A stretch of DNA of 32,531 bases, taken from Acidimicrobiaceae bacterium (GTDB taxonomy: Bacteria; Actinomycetota; Acidimicrobiia; Acidimicrobiales; Acidimicrobiaceae). How positions within the stretch are numbered: the first letter of the stretch is position 1; each line of letters begins with the position of its first letter. Location of the stretch: contig JABEUO010000109.1 of assembly GCA_013044415.1 (NCBI GenBank), forward strand, positions 1 through 32,531, in the 5' to 3' direction. The translations under genes were made by a program, and so were the position numbers. Of this stretch, positions 18,600 through 27,258 are shown piece by piece. The notes beneath the pieces were generated by a model. That model was not told where the DNA came from. It saw only the letters and a list, made by a program, of their open reading frames with translations, and searched no databases.

Positions 18600-18740
18600 G
18601 TCATAGACCCGGGTCTCCTGACTCATAGATCAACGCCTCACCCTGCCTTCCGGTCCTGCGAGACCGTGGCAAAAATGGGTTAAACTCCCTACTTACAGTT
18701 GCGGACCAGTCTCGGATTTACACCGAGTTCCCCGTCGTCT
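18600..18740 (-). promoter_or_regulatory. Cobalamin (AdoCbl) riboswitch
   Basis: Minus strand reads GGGGAACTCGGTGTAAATCCGAGACTGGTCCGCAACTGTAAG...TTTTTGCCACGGTCTCGCAGGACCGGAAGGCAGGG...GAGTCAGGAGACCCGGGTC. All the conserved blocks I remember are present: GGGAA..GGTG.AAATCC, CCGCAACTGTAA, the B12-box GCCAC..GGAAGGC, and the 3' AGGAGACC.G motif. It lies directly upstream of cobU. Confidence 0.88.
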
Positions 18741-18763
18741 GATTTCATACTACCCTGATTAAT

Positions 18764-19288
18764 ATGACACGGGCAGATTCGATCATTTTAGTGAACACTG
18801 GTTACGGCAAGGGAAAGTCTTCAGCGGCATTTGGCGTTATGGCCCGGGGATGGGCTAGGGGGTGGAGGGTCGGAGTAGTCCAATTCATCAAAAGCGGAAA
18901 ATGGAAAGTCGGCGAAAAAAAATTGGCCGACCACTTGGATATCGAATGGCACACCCTCGGTGACGGCTTCACCTGGGAATCCACCGACCTTGATGAGACC
19001 GCAGCCAAAGGGAGACATGCTTGGCAAGTCGCCGATCAGATGCTAAGAAGCGGCGACTATGACATGCTTATTTTCGATGAACTGACCTACGCCGTCAAAT
19101 ACGGTTGGGTACCTATAGAGGTCGTCCTAGATGGACTTCGGTCACGATCGCCGAAGACCAATGTGATCATCACGGGCAGAGATTGTCCACAGGAGATCGT
19201 CGACCTAGCTGACACGGTAACCGAGATGCGCAAGATCAAACACGCTTACGATCAAGGCATCACGGCCAAAAAAGGAATTGAATACTAA
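18764..19288 (+). CDS. cobO: Cob(I)yrinic acid a,c-diamide adenosyltransferase (CobO/BtuR type)
   Basis: 174 aa with P-loop NTGYGKGKSSAAFG, VVQFIK, FDELTYA and a C-terminal HAYDQGITAKKGIEY. There is no SD. A TACCCT (TANNNT) -10-like hexamer ends 7 nt before the ATG, so the transcript may be leaderless. Confidence 0.92.
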   Translation: MTRADSIILVNTGYGKGKSSAAFGVMARGWARGWRVGVVQFIKSGKWKVGEKKLADHLDIEWHTLGDGFTWESTDLDETAAKGRHAWQVADQMLRSGDYDMLIFDELTYAVKYGWVPIEVVLDGLRSRSPKTNVIITGRDCPQEIVDLADTVTEMRKIKHAYDQGITAKKGIEY

Positions 19289-19528
19289 TCCTGCGAAACC
19301 TAAAGGGTGCTTGTGCTATTTCAATCCAAGCTCAACTTGGCGAAACATACCCAACGGCCGAATCGGACTTAACAACTTGACCAGACCATCCGAATCAGAT
19401 GGCGCCTTTGAAACTACAGATAAAGTTTGCCCTCTCCAATCCATTTCACTCGCCATCGCGACGCTCACACCAACTGAGCGGCCAATTGTCACGGCCGATG
19501 AAAACCACAGTTCAAGGAAACCCATACG

Positions 19529-20920
19529 TTGACCAGAGCCATTATCATTTCGGCCCTAAATTCGGGAGCTGGTAAAACGACCATATCGTCTGGGATAATG
19601 GCGGCGGTGCGCAAACGGGGTATCTCTATCGCCTCCGCTAAGGTCGGTCCCGATTACATCGATCCGACCTTTCACAGGATTGCGACCGGCCGTCCCTCTT
19701 ACAACATCGACACCTTCTTGACCGGCAGAAGTGGAGCGATAGCCAGCATCAGGCGCGCTGCAATGGGAGCCGACTACCTGATTATCGAAGGCGTAATGGG
19801 AATCTTTGACGGTACGACGCTCGATACGACTAGCGACAGCCTAAATCCTGAGCCACAGCCTGGAAATTGGCGCTTCGCCACCGGCTCCACCGCCGAGGTG
19901 GCAATGATTCTGGGAGCACCAATCGTCCTGGTGCTCGACTCAAAAGGTACAACCGAATCTCTCGTCGCAAGCGTCATCGGTATCAAAAACACAAATCCAT
20001 CCCTGCTAATCGCCGGAGTTATCTTAAATCGTGTAGCAAGCGGCGAACATGTCGCCCAAATAGCGAGGGCACTTACCGCCAGCGGAATACCGCTGCTTGG
20101 GGCCATCCCAAAAGAGTCTTCAGCGGAAGTAGACTCCCGACACTTAGGCCTAGTCCCCGCATCTGAAGACTTGTCCTACGCCACCAAAAAGCTGGAATCG
20201 ATTCGAGGCGCAGTCCAGGCGCACCTGGATGTCGAAAAACTGCTAAAGCTGGCTCGCCGAATACCGCTTTACGTCTCGACCGAAACCAAAGAGGTCAAAG
20301 TAAACCGAACCCGTCCGACCATCGCTTTTGCTACGGGCAAAGCCTTCACCTTTTTCTACCAGGAGAACTTTGACCTGCTCGAAGAGGCCGGCGCCCAACT
20401 GGTCGGCTTCGACCCGACGACAGAGGAGACCCTACCGGCGGAGACTGACGCCCTGATAATCGGAGGAGGTTACCCCGAGGTCTATTTGGCCGAGATCGTC
20501 CAGAATCAGAAACTGTTGTCGCAAATAGCCTCTTTCCACCTCCGAGGGGGGCCGATCTGGGCAGAGTGCGCCGGCCATATGGTACTAGGGGCGTCTATAG
20601 AGAAGATAAAAACGGCCTCTGTCCATCGAGGCCATTCGACGATGGGAAAACGAGTGACCCTCGGATACCGGTTCGTGTCGGCACAAAAGTCAAATCCCCT
20701 CTTCGACAAGGGCGCAATATTCCGTGCTCACGAATATCACTACTCAAAAATGTCAGACGACGGCGAAGACTTTGAGTGCCTCGGTCGAAGCGGCAAAACC
20801 ACATCCGGTATCGCCGAGGCCAACCTGGTCTCTTCCTATCTCCATTTTCATCTGGGATACGATCCATCCTCCGCTGATCGCTTTTTATCCAGGGCGTTCC
20901 GCTTCCATAAGGCAAAATAG
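19529..20920 (+). CDS. cobB: Cobyrinate a,c-diamide synthase
   Basis: 463 aa with an N-terminal ALNSGAGKTT P-loop and a C-terminal GATase domain (IWAECAGHMVLG). TTG start. Confidence 0.92.
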   Translation: MTRAIIISALNSGAGKTTISSGIMAAVRKRGISIASAKVGPDYIDPTFHRIATGRPSYNIDTFLTGRSGAIASIRRAAMGADYLIIEGVMGIFDGTTLDTTSDSLNPEPQPGNWRFATGSTAEVAMILGAPIVLVLDSKGTTESLVASVIGIKNTNPSLLIAGVILNRVASGEHVAQIARALTASGIPLLGAIPKESSAEVDSRHLGLVPASEDLSYATKKLESIRGAVQAHLDVEKLLKLARRIPLYVSTETKEVKVNRTRPTIAFATGKAFTFFYQENFDLLEEAGAQLVGFDPTTEETLPAETDALIIGGGYPEVYLAEIVQNQKLLSQIASFHLRGGPIWAECAGHMVLGASIEKIKTASVHRGHSTMGKRVTLGYRFVSAQKSNPLFDKGAIFRAHEYHYSKMSDDGEDFECLGRSGKTTSGIAEANLVSSYLHFHLGYDPSSADRFLSRAFRFHKAK

Positions 20921-20959
20921 CAGAGCTAGCAGATACTGGCGATCGTCAGGTAAACGAAG

Positions 20960-21095
20960 CGATGATATAGAGTCTCAATCCAGTGGAGTAGTTGGATTTC
21001 TTCGACCGTTGCTCAACTAGCCGCTTACTATTGTCGGTCGGTAAAGAAATGCGGGAAGGCCGACATTTAGTAGTGCTTCGATTCCCGCCGAGAAT
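20960..21095 (+). promoter_or_regulatory. Candidate (divergent) cobalamin riboswitch upstream of cobI
   Basis: The 194-nt gap contains AATCCAGTGGAGTAGTTGGA (compare E. coli btuB AATCCAGTGCGAATCTGGA) and CGACCGTTGCTCAACTAG (compare C.G.CCCGCAACTGTA). It also has an exact GGGAAGGC at 21053-21060 and GCTTCGATTCCCGCCG near the 3' end. The GCCACTG box is poorly conserved. Confidence 0.45.
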
Positions 21096-21114
21096 ACGAG
21101 ATGTGGAACAAGAT

Positions 21115-21843
21115 ATGGAACATAAGGGCAAAAAGTATCTCTGTGGGGTAGGCGTTGGACCCGGAGATCCCAAACTACTTACTCTGGCCGCCGCCGAGAC
21201 GATCAGGACGGCGGACCTAGTACTTGCGCCCACTTCGTACAAGGACGAACCTGGCAGGGCGGAAGAAATTGTCAAAAAGGCCATCGGGAACATCCCCATA
21301 CGTAGAATCTTGTTCGATATGACCAAGGGTAAGAGCGGCATCGAACTTAGGAAATCAGCCGCCTTGATTGCCGCCAGGGAAATTGTCAATCTGCTTCAGC
21401 CAGGGGGAAAAGCCGCCTTTCTCACCCTTGGTGACCCAAATGTCTTCTCTACGTTCAACCTCATAGCCAACTCGGTATCGTCAATCGATCCAGGGGTGGA
21501 GATATCGTCGATACCGGGGATCATGGCATTTCAGGACCTAGTAAGTAGGACAGGGATGACCCTTCTCGACGAAGAAGAATCACTGAGGCTGCTCGTCGGC
21601 TTGCAGGTGGATTCTAAGATCGAGGAGGCACTGATGGATGACTCGTCAGCGGTGGTAATCTACAAAGGCGGCAGCAACCTGTCGGCGATTGTCGAGCTGG
21701 CCAAAAAAACAGGTCGACTTGCCGAGGGTTGGATCGGTGTGAAGATAGGCCTCGAGGAGTCAGAAGTTACCACCCTGCAGAGCGTAGGTGACGGACCCGT
21801 CGGTTACCTCTCTACCGTCATTTTTCCTCCAAAACGGCACTAG
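21115..21843 (+). CDS. cobI: Precorrin-2 / cobalt-factor II C20-methyltransferase (CobI/CbiL)
   Basis: The N-terminus from the ATG at 21115 (MEHKGKKYLCGVGVGPGDPKLLTLAA) is the canonical tetrapyrrole methylase start. The longest ORF (20992) adds 41 atypical residues. Confidence 0.9.
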   Translation: MEHKGKKYLCGVGVGPGDPKLLTLAAAETIRTADLVLAPTSYKDEPGRAEEIVKKAIGNIPIRRILFDMTKGKSGIELRKSAALIAAREIVNLLQPGGKAAFLTLGDPNVFSTFNLIANSVSSIDPGVEISSIPGIMAFQDLVSRTGMTLLDEEESLRLLVGLQVDSKIEEALMDDSSAVVIYKGGSNLSAIVELAKKTGRLAEGWIGVKIGLEESEVTTLQSVGDGPVGYLSTVIFPPKRH

Positions 21844-21997
21844 TTTCGACTTCTTAGCCGAAAAGGGCTGTCCCGGCGATAAGAGCTGGCGCACTAGGCA
21901 TGCTTGGAGACCCGGCGTTAGCTAATGGAAACATATTAATTTTTATCACCTACGATTGAAACTCGGTAAGTGATGTATACCCCTCTAGGAGTTTGAT

Positions 21998-22813
21998 GTG
22001 ATCAGTTTTGTTGGTGCGGGGCCTGGGGCTATAGACCTGATAACTTTGCGTGGCCAGAAGCGGCTTGCCGACGCTGATATTGTAATTTGGGCCTCGTCAC
22101 TTATCCCACAAGAGCTCCTCGTACATTGCAGCGAGGATGTTGAGCTCTTTGACTCCTCAGGCATGACACTCGAAGATGTCCTTGAAATTTATGCAACTCG
22201 TTCAGAAGCTGACATCGTACGTCTCCACTCAGGAGATCCGTCGATCTATGGTGCCATCGCCGAACAGATAGATTTTCTAGAAAAAAACAGAATCGAATTC
22301 GAAGTTATTCCTGGCGTGACCTCCGCATCGGCGGCTTCTGCGGTGATAGCTAGGGAGTTCACGGTCCCGGGTAAGGCGCAAAGCGTCGTCTTCACCCGGA
22401 TCGAAGGCAAAACCAGTGCCTCCATACCTCCAGGTGAAACGGTTGAAAACTATTCGAAGGTAGGGGGCACTCTGGCCATATTCCTATCTGGTGCAATGCC
22501 GGAGAAACTCCAGGCGGAGCTCTTGGGTCCGGATTCGGTCTATAACCCAAACACACCCGCCTATGTAGTTGTAAGGGTGAGTTGGCCAGACCAACAGATC
22601 GTCGAGACCACGTTAGGAGAGCTGAGCAAGACCATGAAAACGGTCGGCGCAACTAGAACTCTCCTCGTGCTCGTGGGTGAGGCGCTGGCGGGTCAAGGTG
22701 AAAAGCGGAGTCACCTATACAATCCGACTTTCGCCCATCGATATAGAAAGCGCTCAAAGCAGGGTGATACCGCCGGACGGCCGACCGGAAGGAGCAAGAG
22801 GGTGGCAGATTGA
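21998..22813 (+). CDS. cobM: Precorrin-4 / cobalt-precorrin-4 C11-methyltransferase (CobM/CbiF)
   Basis: 271 aa starting ISFVGAGPGAIDLITLRGQKRLADADIVIWA, with RLHSGDPSIYGA. GTG start. Confidence 0.93.
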   Translation: MISFVGAGPGAIDLITLRGQKRLADADIVIWASSLIPQELLVHCSEDVELFDSSGMTLEDVLEIYATRSEADIVRLHSGDPSIYGAIAEQIDFLEKNRIEFEVIPGVTSASAASAVIAREFTVPGKAQSVVFTRIEGKTSASIPPGETVENYSKVGGTLAIFLSGAMPEKLQAELLGPDSVYNPNTPAYVVVRVSWPDQQIVETTLGELSKTMKTVGATRTLLVLVGEALAGQGEKRSHLYNPTFAHRYRKRSKQGDTAGRPTGRSKRVAD

Positions 22814-23934
22814 TGGGTCCAATTTCTCCCCCGGACGAAGAGGGTCTCGGCCCAAAACCGGCCGGCAAGCTAAGGAGCGGCTGGACGACCGGAACTTGTG
22901 CCGCCGCCGCAGCGAAAGCCGATCTAATAAGGCAGCTCACCGGTGTGGCCCCGACGGCCGTAGAAGTTACCCTCCCCTCAGGCATAAAAGTACCCTTCGA
23001 AGTATTTCAAGATGATCTTGGTCGTTGCTACGTCATCAAAGACGCTGGCGACGATCCTGACTGTACTCACGGCGCCCATATCACGGCTTCGGTTGAAGTA
23101 CTCGACCACCAAGGTGAAGTAGCCATTCTTGGAGGTTCAGGCGTCGGCCAGGTTACCAAGCCGGGTCTAGGACTTGAAGTCGGCTCGCCGGCAATCAATC
23201 CCGTGCCACAAAAGATGATTCGCCAAGCGATCTCAGAGGTAACCGACCTCGCGGTCAAGGTCACCATCGTCGTACCCGGAGGGGAAGAGATGGCTAAGAA
23301 AACGACTAATTCTCGACTTGGAATCCTGGGTGGAATTTCAATTCTAGGTACAACGGGTGTTGTCAAGCCATTCTCCACCGCATCTTTCAGGGCGTCGGTC
23401 GTCCAACAGATAGATGTAGCATCGGCTCAGGGATCGAAGGAGATCGCCTTTGTCACCGGCTCACGTTCTAGTGAATTCGCACTACGAAACTATCCAAGGT
23501 TGAACGACACGGAGGTGGTCGAGGTTGGTGACTTTACCGGCGTCGCCATAAAAAGAGCCAACAGGAATCAAATTCCAACCCTTCACTGGATTGGGATGGT
23601 TGGAAAGGTCTCCAAGCTTGCTGAAGGTACTACGATGACCCATTTTCATCGATCCAACCTTGACACCACTGTGCTAGAAAGCGCAGCTAGGGAAGCGTCG
23701 GCCGACCCTCGGATAGTCCAATCCGCCCACGAGACAACTACCGCCAGACACTTCTATGAGGTCTGCGAGGCGATGGGCGATTTTACACCAATGGAACTTC
23801 TCACCTTGTGGGCCGCACAAACACTTAGCGCTAACCTATCAAGTTCTTCCACCATCGACGTTACCATGGTCGACTTTGATGCGACTAAAGCTGTTTCGAC
23901 CTCACCCGCTCTAAGGGGACAGGTCGAAAAATAA
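22810..23934 (+). CDS. cbiD: Cobalt-precorrin-5B (C1)-methyltransferase
   Basis: 374 aa with the LRSGWTTGTCAAAAAKA signature of CbiD. The likely ATG at 22813 overlaps the cobM stop as TGATG. Confidence 0.92.
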   Translation: MMGPISPPDEEGLGPKPAGKLRSGWTTGTCAAAAAKADLIRQLTGVAPTAVEVTLPSGIKVPFEVFQDDLGRCYVIKDAGDDPDCTHGAHITASVEVLDHQGEVAILGGSGVGQVTKPGLGLEVGSPAINPVPQKMIRQAISEVTDLAVKVTIVVPGGEEMAKKTTNSRLGILGGISILGTTGVVKPFSTASFRASVVQQIDVASAQGSKEIAFVTGSRSSEFALRNYPRLNDTEVVEVGDFTGVAIKRANRNQIPTLHWIGMVGKVSKLAEGTTMTHFHRSNLDTTVLESAAREASADPRIVQSAHETTTARHFYEVCEAMGDFTPMELLTLWAAQTLSANLSSSSTIDVTMVDFDATKAVSTSPALRGQVEK

Positions 23935-23949
23935 ATTGGACTGCTTAAA

Positions 23950-25302
23950 ATGATGAACACTTCCAAGGAAATGGGTGGAGCCGCAGTATCCATAGTCGGA
24001 CTCGCTTCCACTGACAGCAAGTGGATCCAGCCGGCGATGCTTGAAAAAATCCGTCAGGCGAAATCGATAGTCGGTTCGAGCAGCAAGATTGCCAAGCTTT
24101 CTTGGCTAATAGAGCCAAATCAGGAAGTCTTCGCATTTCCATCACCCATGGTCGATATTTTTGATCAGATTCCGGCAATGGCTAAGCCAGTAGTAGTTCT
24201 AGCTTCAGGTGATCCAGGGTTTTTCGGAATAGTTCGATTAGCAGGAGAGCGGCTTCCAAAAGACTCATTCGAAGTCTTTCCAAACGCGTCCTCTGTGGCA
24301 TGGGCCTTTGCTCGCCTAGGAATCAATTGGGAAGACGCCACTGTGATCTCATTTCATGGGAGGAATCAAAATGACTCACTCGATGAGCTGGCCAGGGTAC
24401 TAAATAACCCGAACGCTATGAAGTTCGCCCTTATCTCCTCACCAACCTACGACGGCCGGGCTTTAGGCCAGACAATTGCCACCATGGCAACTGATGAGTG
24501 GGAGGTCCACATCTTTTCTGAGATACTTTCGGAGCAAGAGGGCCACTTTGCCTTTTCTACCAAGGCCTTTTCTACCAAGGCCTTTTCTATCGAGAGCAGC
24601 CCCCGGGAATTAGAAGGTCAACTGGCAGGGGAAAATCTGGATTTCGCAGTGGTCATCGCGATCAGAAAACCGGATCGCATCGACACAATCCCTCGGCGAC
24701 CAACGACTTCGTCCTCCCTTCAGGGGATTTCACACCTAACTCGACCTTCGGCTTTTTCCTCCAGTGCGTTTATAACCCAAGACAATCCTTTCACCAAACC
24801 CGAGGTCAGGGCGGTGATACTCTCAAAGCTTCAAATCGATAGGCTTGAACCACACGCCCGGCTAGTTGACCTGGGTGCTGGAGTTGGGACGGTCGGGATA
24901 TCGGCGCTAGCCTTGAGACCTGACCTCATTGTCACCTTCGTCGAGAAAAATCCCCACAGGCTAGACATCATTCGCAGAAATCTCAATCTGTTCGGCTATA
25001 GCGGAAACTTAATCCAAGGTGACAGTTGCGAATTTCCTGAAGTCATCTCGAACTCCGAAGCTATCTTCCTCGGTGGAGGTTTCTCTGACTTCGAAAAGAT
25101 CGAGGCACAAGTCCCGCATAATTCCAGCTTCGCCGTTGCCTCCGCCTCATTAGACCACGCAAACAGGGCCGGAGCACTCTTGGGAAATCTATGCCAAGTA
25201 TCAGTATCTCATTCTGTGAGCCTGGTCGACGGGACACTTCGTTTAGTCTCCGATAACCCGGTCTTTATCTCCTGGAGAGAAGTAAACCAACATGACACAT
25301 AA
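23950..25302 (+). CDS. cobL: Precorrin-6Y / cobalt-precorrin-6B C5,15-methyltransferase (decarboxylating), CbiE-CbiT fusion
   Basis: 450 aa. The N-terminal tetrapyrrole methylase half has LASGDPGFFGI. The C-terminal SAM-MTase half has DLGAGVGTVGI. The two halves are joined by a low-complexity linker. Confidence 0.9.
   Translation: MMNTSKEMGGAAVSIVGLASTDSKWIQPAMLEKIRQAKSIVGSSSKIAKLSWLIEPNQEVFAFPSPMVDIFDQIPAMAKPVVVLASGDPGFFGIVRLAGERLPKDSFEVFPNASSVAWAFARLGINWEDATVISFHGRNQNDSLDELARVLNNPNAMKFALISSPTYDGRALGQTIATMATDEWEVHIFSEILSEQEGHFAFSTKAFSTKAFSIESSPRELEGQLAGENLDFAVVIAIRKPDRIDTIPRRPTTSSSLQGISHLTRPSAFSSSAFITQDNPFTKPEVRAVILSKLQIDRLEPHARLVDLGAGVGTVGISALALRPDLIVTFVEKNPHRLDIIRRNLNLFGYSGNLIQGDSCEFPEVISNSEAIFLGGGFSDFEKIEAQVPHNSSFAVASASLDHANRAGALLGNLCQVSVSHSVSLVDGTLRLVSDNPVFISWREVNQHDT
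24550..24589 (+). repeat. In-frame 15-nt tandem repeat GCCTTTTCTACCAAG x2.7 in the cobL linker
   Basis: Exact copies at 24550-24564 and 24565-24579, and a partial copy at 24580-24589. They encode FSTKAFSTKAFS. Confidence 0.9.
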
Positions 25303-26995
25303 GAACACCGCTGGGACACCCAGGTTGATCTGCCTTTATCTTTCGGAAAAGGGGCGAGTTTTAGCCAATAGGATATCTCCCACGACCCTACCTTTGTCCG
25401 AAGTGAAAATTGGCGAGGTCTTCACCAGCTTCGACCAGATTGTATTTGTAACTACGGCGGCGATTGCGGTAAGGTCAATAGCCCCGCACATTAGCTCAAA
25501 GGCTACGGACCCCTCGGTGGTATGTGTTGATGAAGATGGCAGCTATGCCATACCACTCCTCGGTGGCCATCGGGGAGCAAACAGACTTGCCAAAACGATA
25601 GCGGCGACTATTGGGAGCGAGCCAGTCATTACAAATCCATCCGACCGAAACGGCACCTACACCCTGAACAGTTTCGCCGGATATCATGCCGTCGGCGATA
25701 TAGCCCACTTTCAAGCTCAATTGAACTCCGGGATCGTCCCAAAAGTCACAAATTCGACAGGCTGGCCCCTCCCTGGGGCATTAGCCGATTCAGCCACTTC
25801 GGACGACGGTCCTGAAATCCTAATTTCAATCACGAGGCCCGACTTAGCGCACCTTAGGCTGGTTGGATCGGTCCAACTCATCCCCGAATTACTCGTGGTG
25901 GGAGTCGGGTGCTCCAGCGATGCGACCCCGGACGAAGTCGCCTCGGCAATAGAGGCTACGATGATCGAGTCAAATCTAGCCAACGAAGCTATCCACACCT
26001 TCGCAACGATTGATATTCGAAAAGATCACCCGGCCATTGTCGCCCTAAACCACCCAACCGTCTTCTTCGATAGCTCCCAGCTAGCCCGAGTAGAGGTTCC
26101 CAATCCGAGTAGTACTGTACTTGACTCGGTTGGAAGCGCCTCCGTTGCTGAGGCGGCCGCAATCCTCGCGTCTGGATCGCCCGACGGCTTGATTGTTTCA
26201 AAGAGAAAGTTCCGGGCGGTCACCGTGGCCGTGGCCCAGCGATCAGCTAAGCCCGGCCGATTGTTTGTAGTTGGCCTTGGCCCGGGCAATCCCGACCTTA
26301 GGACATTGCAGGCCGCAAATACCATAAGTCACGCCGAAGTGGTTACCGGCTTCGGACCATACGTTGACCTCTGTAGTGACCTTCTGACTCCCAACCAGAA
26401 GGTCAAAAGGTTTCCGATTGGCGAAGAAACCCACCGAGTGGACTTTGCTATCGATTCGGCCATCGCCGGCTACGAAGTGGCACTGGTTTGCTCCGGGGAC
26501 CCGGGGGTATTCGCAATGGCTAGCCTGGCCTTCGAGAGGGCAGAGATCATTGGCTTCGATCCAAAGCTAATTACCGTGGTGCCTGGGGTAACGGCGGCAC
26601 TAGCGTCTTCTGCGGTCGCCGGGGCCATCCTTGGGCATGATCATGCGTATATTTCACTATCTGATCTAATGACACCGTGGAGTGTCATCGAAGAACGGGT
26701 AATCGCAGTGGCACGGGCGGACCTCGTTGCGGCATTCTATAACCCAAAATCAAGCCGAAGAATCTCGCAACTCAACAAGGCGATCGGAATCCTCGCTGAA
26801 TTTAGGCCCGCAACAACGCCCGTCGTGGTAGCGAGGGCGGTAGGGAGAGACCACCAGTCGGTGAAGGTTGTCCAACTAGCTGACTTCAGTAGCGACGAGG
26901 TTGATATGGAGACACTAGTAATAGTCGGTTCAACGACATCGACCTTCGCTGGGATACGGGCGTATACCCCACGCGGATATAGCGAGAAGAAATGA
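25292..26995 (+). CDS. cbiGH: CbiG (cobalt-precorrin-5A hydrolase) fused to CbiH/CobJ (precorrin-3B C17-methyltransferase)
   Basis: 567 aa. The N-terminal half has CbiG motifs (AIAVRSIAPHISSKATDPSVVCVDEDGSYAIPLLGGHRGAN). The C-terminal half is a tetrapyrrole methylase (LFVVGLGPGNPDLRTLQA, VCSGDPGVFAMAS). Overlaps the cobL end by 11 nt. Confidence 0.9.
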   Translation: MTHKNTAGTPRLICLYLSEKGRVLANRISPTTLPLSEVKIGEVFTSFDQIVFVTTAAIAVRSIAPHISSKATDPSVVCVDEDGSYAIPLLGGHRGANRLAKTIAATIGSEPVITNPSDRNGTYTLNSFAGYHAVGDIAHFQAQLNSGIVPKVTNSTGWPLPGALADSATSDDGPEILISITRPDLAHLRLVGSVQLIPELLVVGVGCSSDATPDEVASAIEATMIESNLANEAIHTFATIDIRKDHPAIVALNHPTVFFDSSQLARVEVPNPSSTVLDSVGSASVAEAAAILASGSPDGLIVSKRKFRAVTVAVAQRSAKPGRLFVVGLGPGNPDLRTLQAANTISHAEVVTGFGPYVDLCSDLLTPNQKVKRFPIGEETHRVDFAIDSAIAGYEVALVCSGDPGVFAMASLAFERAEIIGFDPKLITVVPGVTAALASSAVAGAILGHDHAYISLSDLMTPWSVIEERVIAVARADLVAAFYNPKSSRRISQLNKAIGILAEFRPATTPVVVARAVGRDHQSVKVVQLADFSSDEVDMETLVIVGSTTSTFAGIRAYTPRGYSEKK

Positions 26996-27017
26996 CCCCA
27001 CAGATGCCAAGCCAGTT

Positions 27018-27239
27018 ATGACTACACCACTCATAGGTTCAGTTAAGGCAGTAAAGGCGATGCCGATTTTTGAAATCGCCATCGCCGACTCTTGTACCGC
27101 GTGTGGCTTATGCGTTCTGACCTGCCCGACCAAGGCACTCCGGCCGTCCCCGTATCGACCGGGGTTCCTAGCCGATACCTGCACCGGTTGCCTTTACTGC
27201 CTAGAGGTTTGCCCACGGGGATCCATAAGTATCAATTGA
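27018..27239 (+). CDS. Small 2x[4Fe-4S] ferredoxin
   Basis: 73 aa with two CxxCxxCxxxCP motifs (CTACGLCVLTCP and CTGCLYCLEVCP). Embedded between cbiGH and cobH. Confidence 0.85.
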   Translation: MTTPLIGSVKAVKAMPIFEIAIADSCTACGLCVLTCPTKALRPSPYRPGFLADTCTGCLYCLEVCPRGSISIN

Positions 27240-27258
27240 AACCTAGAAAGCAAATGCC

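Noticed and set aside
20946-21389. 147-aa minus-strand ORF and the 41-residue N-terminal extension of the cobI ORF (20992-21114).
   Set aside because: The minus ORF is antisense to cobI with low-complexity content. The cobI extension precedes the canonical methylase N-terminus and overlaps the candidate riboswitch, so the ATG at 21115 is preferred.
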